Source: an uncultured Oligoflexus sp.
Lineage (GTDB): Bacteria; Bdellovibrionota_B; Oligoflexia; Oligoflexales; Oligoflexaceae
DNA length: 42,602 nt
Direction of reading: 5' to 3'
Assembly (NCBI GenBank): GCA_964236955.1
Contig: CAXSGP010000036.1
Coordinates: forward strand, 1-42,602
Made by a program: the position numbers and the translations under genes. Positions 36,230 to 42,602 of the stretch are shown here, piece after piece (position 1 is the first letter of the stretch; each line of letters starts with the position of its first letter). A model generated the notes under the pieces. That model saw only the letters and a program-made list of their open reading frames with translations, was not told the origin of the DNA and did not search any database.

Positions 36230-37243
36230 TCTTGGCTCCAGAAGGTCAGGTGGAGGGTATAAGGATTCTTCTGCAGGAATCTATAGATTAAGAATTGGTA
36301 AAATGCATCCTTTATCATGCCTAGTATGGGTTTCACGATAAATGGCGGCTGGTCGACCCTGCCAGGCAAGGCGGAGTTTTTAGAAAAGGTTAGAAATTTT
36401 CAATTGCAAGCTATCCAGCTGTGGATTCTTCATTCACGATGAGCAAAGTCGTCGACTTAACAGTGAGACTCAAAAGGACAAATCAAGTCAGTTAAATATT
36501 TAAAATGATTAAAAGTCTGCCTCGTCGCTGAGAGAACCTGACCTCAGCTTTAAAATCAAAAGGCGCATGCAGGCTCATCACAATGGACAAGCAAGAACGT
36601 TAACGGTCAATTTGGGCTAAAAGAGAGGAAGGTGCCGAAGGACATCTGAAGAGAGCCTGCAGTGTTAGGAAGGGATGATCCCAAAAGCAGGTCGAGTCTA
36701 AAACAAAGGGAAATGATTGCTGTTGAATAACGGAGGCTATCAGCCTGCCGAAACTAGAGTCGCAGCTTTTAAAATCTTTGTGAAGCAGCCGTTCGCACTG
36801 AGATTGTTTCCATGGAATTGTGATGTCAAAAATTCATAGCAGCGCGACAGCCGCTCCTTGGCAAAAATAATGGCAAGATTCCTGATGACTCAAGGGGCGT
36901 CTCAAGCTCACCTCACCCGCAAATCTTACGCGAAGGCCGAAGAGCAAGTCCACCTTCTCAATTTTCAGTTTTAATGAGAAAGTATTTCACTAAAATCACC
37001 AACGAAATACTTACTTTTTCCATAATAAAGGGGACCTCCGACTTAGCTGTTACGAGTACTATTTCACGCATCTGCCTATTTCGATGGAGGAAATCCAAAG
37101 CCTTTTCAGAATACCAATTATGATCTTTAGCCCTTCCAATAAATTGTTTTCATTTCCCTCGACGTCCTGCCGACAGCAATCTCTATTAGTGATTGATAGC
37201 CGTTTAAAATATTAAAACGTCTCAATAGCTTCAAGGAGATCCT

Positions 37244-37657
37244 ATGTTTAAGTATTTAGCTATTATTTGCACACTGTCAGCCCTAGGTGGCTGCGGTAGT
37301 GACAGCGATTCTTCGACATCGTCACTAGCATCGAATGCCAGCTCAGCCGAAAATACCGTGACCTATGAGGCAAACAAGGTTAGTTCAAGCGATTTGAATC
37401 TGTCTGATTCCATTTGCACCTATTCCTTTCCGAAAGAATTTTCTTACAAAATTGATGGGAATAAATTGAAGGAACTTGGGAAATCAGCCGTCTATCAACG
37501 TCAGGGGGCAGCTGATATCACCAATCCTATACTTGGAGTGTGGGCAGCGACCTCGACAAGCGGTCCTATCGAAAAAGTAGTTTATCTTACTTTTGAAGCG
37601 GCTGCGATTAAGGTCGATCTCAGTTGCTCAGATGTGACTGATGATGCTCTACGATAA
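37244..37657 (+). CDS. Small hypothetical lipoprotein
   Basis: AAGGAG RBS, lipobox LGGC, Ser-rich tether, NPILGVW motif, a Cys pair in the mature domain. Confidence 0.75.
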   Translation: MFKYLAIICTLSALGGCGSDSDSSTSSLASNASSAENTVTYEANKVSSSDLNLSDSICTYSFPKEFSYKIDGNKLKELGKSAVYQRQGAADITNPILGVWAATSTSGPIEKVVYLTFEAAAIKVDLSCSDVTDDALR

Positions 37658-37747
37658 GCAGATGCTGCAATTGAGATCCGTTCATTCCAAGGCAAAGTCT
37701 TAAAATCCTCAACGAGCCTCATCGACTCGCTGGGGATTTTATTGCCG

Positions 37748-39802
37748 TTATTGGATCTTGTTAAGACCGAAATCATTCCCCGTCATAGTTTGGGCTGGAA
37801 TCAGCCAATTCCTTAAAATCCGTTCCAATGCTGGCATCTGAACGGGCTTGCTAAGATAATCATCCATCCCGGCATCCAGGCAACGGGCGCGATCCCCTTT
37901 CATCGCGCTCGCGGTAAAGGCAATGATTGGTACGCGCTGTAAGCTTGCCCGCTCCAGTTCCCGAATCCTTCGCGAGGCCTCGAAACCATCCATGATTGGC
38001 ATCTGACAGTCCATAAAAATAATATCGTAATTCTGCCCCCGCACCGCCTCCACGGCCTCTTGGCCATTGAAAACAATATCCGAGGTGCAGCCGCAGACTT
38101 CAAGGTAGTTATTGATTACGAATTGGTTGATTTCTGAGTCTTCCACGATCAGGGCATGAATCGGCGTTGCGCAGATGGGAGTGACCGCTTCGAGGGGTTT
38201 GGTAACAGTCAGGTTGCTGGGCTGGCTTAATTTAAAGGGAATCTTAAACGAAAAAGTTGAGCCCTCGCCCTCATCGCTTTGAAAATTGATTTCTCCACCC
38301 ATGCAATGGGTCAGATGCTTGCAGATAGCCAAACCCAGTCCCGACCCTCCAAATCGCCTCGTGGTCGATAGATCGCCCTGACTAAACGCCTGAAAAATAT
38401 TTTGTGCTGTTTCATGCGACATTCCTATGCCGCTATCGATAATCTCGAATAGGATCGTGGCACTTTCCTCCGTTCTTTCGACCAACTTCACGTTAAGCTC
38501 AACCGTTCCGTGCAGTGTAAACTTGAAGGCATTCCCAAGAATATTGATTAAGATCTGGCGCAGCCGACCAGGGTCACCGCAGAGATGGTCAGGGAGAGCG
38601 GAGTCGATTTTTTTGATAAAATCGATATTCTCAAATTGATCGGTGTGAATAAAAGGCGCGTAACCTTCCTTGAGGACCTGCCTCAGTGAAAAATTGCATT
38701 CGTCGAAGTCGAGTTTGCCAGCATCGATCTTTGAGATATCAAGAATATCATTTATGACAGTGAGCAGAGCTTCGCTCGAACTGGAGATGGCTTGGCAAAA
38801 CTTTAATTGCTTGTCGTCCAGATCGGTCCTCATCAATAGGCTTGATAATCCTACCACTGCGTTTAAAGGCGTCCGGATTTCATGGCTCATATTCGCGAGA
38901 AACTGCGATTTAAGCCGATCCGACTCAAGCGCTGCCTGTTGCTCGACATGCAATCGGTTCCGGTCGTTTTGCAGGGCAAAGAGTTCACTGATATCATTGA
39001 CAAGAATAGCGACTCCATGGACATTGCCCTGCTCATCTTTATCCGGAGTATAGGAGACCTTCACATGCCGATCGATCCCATTGATGGTTGAGCTATAATC
39101 AAAGTTCACGGCTTCGCCGCTAAACGCCTTATCCAAATACTTTTTAATGTCAGAGTAATGGCCCTCGCCAAGCACGTCCCTGATGCATCGACCGATAAAA
39201 TTTTGTTCTTTGTCGCTGAACCATACGGAATAACGACTGTTGGTGAATTGATAAATACGATTGACATCAATATAGGAAATTAAAGCCGGTACCGTGTCGT
39301 TAATGAGTCGAAGCTGCCGAGCGTTATCGCTTTCAATCTCCCGGGCGATTTTTTGGGCGTGAATATCGGTGCAGCTACCGTACCATTTTAGTATAACTCC
39401 TTCAGAGTCAAGCTTGGGTCGACAACGGCCTATGTGCCAACGGTATTCTCCTTGGCCATTTCTCACCCGGTATTCTTTCTCCCAAATGGAGCACAAATCA
39501 ACGGAGGTGCTAAATGTTTTGACTAGGGGATCCCAGTCGTCTGGATGAATGGCAAACTCCCCGCGCTTGATCATTTCGGCGGTGAGGCCCGTATATTCGA
39601 CCCATTTTTCATTGATATATTCGATCGAGCCGTCTGAATCCGCTCTCCAAAGCATGTGGGGAATGCTGTCGGCGATATGACTAAGTCGGTCATCTTTCTC
39701 TAACAGGTCTTTTGCGGCCTGCTCAAGGCGACGATCCTTCTCGGCAAGTAGAGCCTCCAGCACGGCTAGTCTTTCTTCCAAATTCTTTGTTGTTTCAAAC
39801 AT
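37748..39802 (-). CDS. Cytoplasmic hybrid sensor histidine kinase (coiled coil-PAS-PAS-HisKA-HATPase-REC)
   Basis: GAGG RBS. IHPDD...EYRV...[56 protein letters not shown]. No TM segment. Confidence 0.95.
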   Translation of the reverse strand: MFETTKNLEERLAVLEALLAEKDRRLEQAAKDLLEKDDRLSHIADSIPHMLWRADSDGSIEYINEKWVEYTGLTAEMIKRGEFAIHPDDWDPLVKTFSTSVDLCSIWEKEYRVRNGQGEYRWHIGRCRPKLDSEGVILKWYGSCTDIHAQKIAREIESDNARQLRLINDTVPALISYIDVNRIYQFTNSRYSVWFSDKEQNFIGRCIRDVLGEGHYSDIKKYLDKAFSGEAVNFDYSSTINGIDRHVKVSYTPDKDEQGNVHGVAILVNDISELFALQNDRNRLHVEQQAALESDRLKSQFLANMSHEIRTPLNAVVGLSSLLMRTDLDDKQLKFCQAISSSSEALLTVINDILDISKIDAGKLDFDECNFSLRQVLKEGYAPFIHTDQFENIDFIKKIDSALPDHLCGDPGRLRQILINILGNAFKFTLHGTVELNVKLVERTEESATILFEIIDSGIGMSHETAQNIFQAFSQGDLSTTRRFGGSGLGLAICKHLTHCMGGEINFQSDEGEGSTFSFKIPFKLSQPSNLTVTKPLEAVTPICATPIHALIVEDSEINQFVINNYLEVCGCTSDIVFNGQEAVEAVRGQNYDIIFMDCQMPIMDGFEASRRIRELERASLQRVPIIAFTASAMKGDRARCLDAGMDDYLSKPVQMPALERILRNWLIPAQTMTGNDFGLNKIQ

Positions 39803-40009
39803 ACTGGCCTCAAAAGTCTTGATTGCACAACGACTTGCTTCATCTGAGTCGCGATCCGAACCACCATCTTATTCGGATGCTCACTGGCATCTCTGTGTCT
39901 ATCATATTGTCGGCAAGTACTCCAGCCATAGCCCGTCCCGGGCCGGCGAGGAAAGAGACGGGTTTGGCTGGTGGTGAAAGCCGACCGCCATGATCCGAGC
40001 AAAGCGAGG

Positions 40010-40770
40010 TGAGTGGCCCTTTATTCAACTTCCGTAGGGTAAGGCCAAGGCTGGCTTCCCGCGTTTCAAGGCCTTTGATCGCTTCAAGGGATGGGGCTCA
40101 CGGGGATGGTTGGAAATTTCTTCCAAATGACAATCAAGTCAATGCAACGATCAAACTATCGGTGTCGGGAACCTACAGGCTAGAGGCAGAGCGCGCTTTA
40201 TTGACGAAGGTAAGACAAGTCGTGATCCAGGTATCCCCAAGACCCTTAAAATTGTCCGGAAGTCTGGAACATGGTATGCCTCGGTTACCTTCGAAACCCT
40301 TCAGCCTTATCGGGCAAGCGGCACCATGGCACTAGGAATGGACTGGGGAACGATGAAGTTTTTGAGCATCGTCACCGATTCTCAGGAAATCATCACCGGC
40401 GAAAACCCGCGGCATCTTAAGGCAGTAGAGCAAAAGCTCAAAAAAGCTCAAAAAGCTTTGTCAAAAAAGAAGAAAGGTTCTTCCAATCGAAAAAAGGCTA
40501 AAGCCAAGCTCAACCACATTCACGAGCGCCTGGCTTTTAAGCGCGAGGATTTTCTCCATCAAGCTCTTCGAACCTTATAAAGAAAGCTCGGTTCATTGCC
40601 ACCGAAGAGCTTATTATCAAGCACATGACCTCTTCCGGTGGCCGCTTTAAAGCCGGTCTCAATCGTTCGATCCTCGACACGTCTCCTGGAAAATTCTTTC
40701 AAATGTTGAAATATAAAGCGGCTGACGCTGATATTGCTTGCGTGGAAGTACCGACCAGAAAGATCAAGTT
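40010..40770 (+). pseudogene. tnpB: tnpB (IS200/IS605-family RNA-guided endonuclease) remnant, frameshifted and truncated
   Basis: Pieces in different frames: NFRRV, KAGFPRFK (40047-40070), GDGWK, RKSGTWYASVTFE, LGMDWG (RuvC-I), QKALSKKKKGSSNRKKAK, REDFLHQ, IATEEL (RuvC-II), KAGLNRSILD, MLKYKA. No zinc finger or RuvC-III. Confidence 0.9.
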
Positions 40771-40840
40771 GCACCGAAGGTTTAAGGAGTGGGCCATGAG
40801 TCTGCCGAACAGCGCTCCCCATGACACAGGGTCCCCATTT

Positions 40841-41566
40841 TCAGCCCTGGTGCTTTCTAAGCCCCAGAAACTCAGGGCTGATCTTTCGTGCCTCAAAAGC
40901 GCTACCCCTGCCATGGAATTCGTAGGCGAATTTATCAGCAACAGACGAGAAAATACCGCTAATCTTGCAATCGGTATATTCAACGACCACATCATCGTCG
41001 AGGCCAATCCCGGGGCCCAGTCTACCGCTGGCCACAGAATCCCTGAAAGCTTTAAAGCGATCCACTTCGCTATCGAGATGAGGGCAGAAACTGGATGGTA
41101 TAAGGCCGAGGCCGGCAATGCGATCGAGCGTTCCGGGAATATAATCTGAAATGCCTTCGTTGAACCAGCAAAGGGCTCCAGCGCTGATGCCAATCACTGA
41201 TTTTCCGTGCTCTCTGAGCGCTTCGAGCAGCAGGGAATCGAAACCAGTCTTGGCCCAGGTCTCAAGCAGAAACTTGGTATTGCCGCCGCCGACGTAAAAC
41301 AGCGACGATCGTTTCACGCTTGCACATATATCCTTATAGCTCGTGTCTTTGGTAAGGGCTATGGATTCGCATGCGACGCCCATCTGCGCAAACGTGTTCT
41401 CAAATCGGGCGATGTAACCCGCGCTGTCCCGGCTCGCGGTTGGTATAAAACAGACTCGGGGGTTTTTAACTTCAAGATGTTCCAATACATAGGATTCGAT
41501 GAGCAGATTGTCCGGAGTGTTTGAAAACCCGCCACCGCCAAGCACATAGATCTTCGAACTGCTCAT
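40841..41566 (-). CDS. pepE: Peptidase S51 family (dipeptidase E-like)
   Basis: GGGGF, CFIPTASRD, YVGGGNT, GISAGA nucleophile, SFCPH, GIGLDD. Confidence 0.9.
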   Translation of the reverse strand: MSSSKIYVLGGGGFSNTPDNLLIESYVLEHLEVKNPRVCFIPTASRDSAGYIARFENTFAQMGVACESIALTKDTSYKDICASVKRSSLFYVGGGNTKFLLETWAKTGFDSLLLEALREHGKSVIGISAGALCWFNEGISDYIPGTLDRIAGLGLIPSSFCPHLDSEVDRFKAFRDSVASGRLGPGIGLDDDVVVEYTDCKISGIFSSVADKFAYEFHGRGSAFEARKISPEFLGLRKHQG

Positions 41567-41958
41567 TTAGCTCATCCTTTCCACCAACTGAATCCGAGAC
41601 ATTCATGGGCTATAATCCTTCTTCATAAACATAATCTCAACCCCCGATTTCAATTGGCTTGGCCGATCTCCGGGTAGAGTTGGGCCTTTACCTTCGAAAA
41701 TCCAGACTTATGGCGATTATTGAATCTCATGTATCCCTCCCCGATAGCGGGTCCAAACGCTTTACGAGTGTTCAGAGGCGAACTTTTTACCTATCTTGGG
41801 GGATCAAACGTTCCCTGGTGGCTCTCCGAGACGAAAGACGCTAGACTTTGCCAGGATTAGCCTTTGTGCATCCCATTTTCTATGAAATCGCGCCGAGGGA
41901 CCAGCAGCTTTATCTTGAATCAGGACCGTTGCCTGTTTTACACAAAAAGGGTGTTCCC

Positions 41959-42522
41959 ATGAAAAAAACTCCAGCTGTCGTGGCCATCGCCCTTGGATTG
42001 GTGCTAGTGCTTTGCTTTATGGTTAGAAAGCCTTTTTCTCCCAATATCCCCAGTGATCAGCAAATCGAGGCAGCCGATGATACAGTCGGTACCGATATTC
42101 ACCCGGGCTCGCCCCAGGATGACTATTCACCATCGAGCGCGGAACAGGTCGAGGCCATCGAGGAGGCGCCGGAACCGTCGAAAGGTAGAGACGGCCCAGA
42201 TCATAGGATGCAGGCCGAAACTGTCGAACAGGTGCTGGAGGGCGGGGAGGAGAAGACTGAAGCGGCTCCGGTGAGTGACATCAATCTCACCGAAGACCTT
42301 TCGAACGACAATCGCATTCAAAAGGTCGCAGAAATTCGTTTGGTTCGCTGTGAAGACAAGTCCTGCGTGGTCACTGCGCAGGTTAAGCCAGGCGAAGAGG
42401 AGGAGGTGCAAATGGCTTTTATTCTCTTTCAAAAAGACCATCTTCAATACGGTTCAGGTTTTAAGATCGATAGTGATAAAGATGACGCCCATACTGTGAC
42501 CTTTACCTATACGCGGGAATAA
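41959..42522 (+). CDS. Hypothetical membrane-anchored/exported protein
   Basis: AAGGGTG before ATG 41959, N-terminal TM, acidic linker, C-terminal domain with VRCEDKSCVV. Confidence 0.7.
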   Translation: MKKTPAVVAIALGLVLVLCFMVRKPFSPNIPSDQQIEAADDTVGTDIHPGSPQDDYSPSSAEQVEAIEEAPEPSKGRDGPDHRMQAETVEQVLEGGEEKTEAAPVSDINLTEDLSNDNRIQKVAEIRLVRCEDKSCVVTAQVKPGEEEEVQMAFILFQKDHLQYGSGFKIDSDKDDAHTVTFTYTRE

Positions 42523-42548
42523 ATGCTTATTCGGCCTGTGCTGAGTCC

Positions 42549-42602
42549 CTAGGGGCTGTTGACGTTTGGCTACGCCAACGTCGAACATCCCCAGTAACGC
42601 AG
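42549..42602. repeat. Imperfect palindrome, possible MITE/REP-like element end
   Basis: CTAG overlapping GGGGCTGTTGACGTTTGGC-TAC-GCCAACGTCGAACATCCCC; may continue past the window edge. Confidence 0.4.

Noticed and set aside
36526..36547. TPP riboswitch-like GCTGAGA...ACCTGA
   Set aside because: Spacing too short; no P2, TAATGC or GCGTAGG elements.
36620..36695. Glycine riboswitch-like GAGAG...GCCGAAGG
   Set aside because: Lacks the CTCTCAGG element and closing stems, and is on the wrong strand for the TBDR.
36973..36991. Fur-box-like AATGAGAAAGTATTTCACT
   Set aside because: Weak match in AT-rich DNA and over 700 nt from the TBDR start.
40625..41149. 174-aa plus-strand ORF as a novel TnpB fusion
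   Set aside because: Only the first ~48 aa are TnpB; the rest is read-through, mostly antisense to the peptidase S51 gene.
1..42602. CRISPR array, tRNA, rRNA, prophage or defence genes
   Set aside because: No spaced direct repeats, cloverleaf signatures or matching protein motifs seen by eye.

Overview
Bacterial chromosomal window with about 26 credible CDSs and no rRNA, tRNA or CRISPR array that I could see. Gene content and protein style suggest a Bdellovibrionota/Oligoflexia- or deltaproteobacteria-like organism (inference only). The left half holds housekeeping and envelope genes: a PEBP lipoprotein, a cytochrome c-PQQ dehydrogenase fusion, an FNR-like reductase, fused secDF, and a folC-lptD-speD run whose LptD is unusually long (1101 aa). 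A MASE1-CHASE-PAS hybrid kinase follows. The most interesting part is 21.7-30.2 kb, a polysaccharide export locus that mixes two normally separate architectures. It has a NodB-fold lipoprotein with degenerate catalytic motifs and a TPR+beta-barrel protein (PgaB/PgaA-like layout). It also has a short Wza/OPX, a Wzc with a degenerate kinase domain, a Wzy/O-antigen-ligase-family protein with a coupled small membrane protein, and a second predicted beta-barrel. There is no flippase or glycosyltransferase in the window. The right part has two tandem TonB-dependent receptors, a second hybrid kinase, a frameshifted and truncated tnpB remnant, peptidase S51 and a possible MITE/REP end at the window edge. 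All calls come from reading motifs by eye; no database search or folding computation was run.
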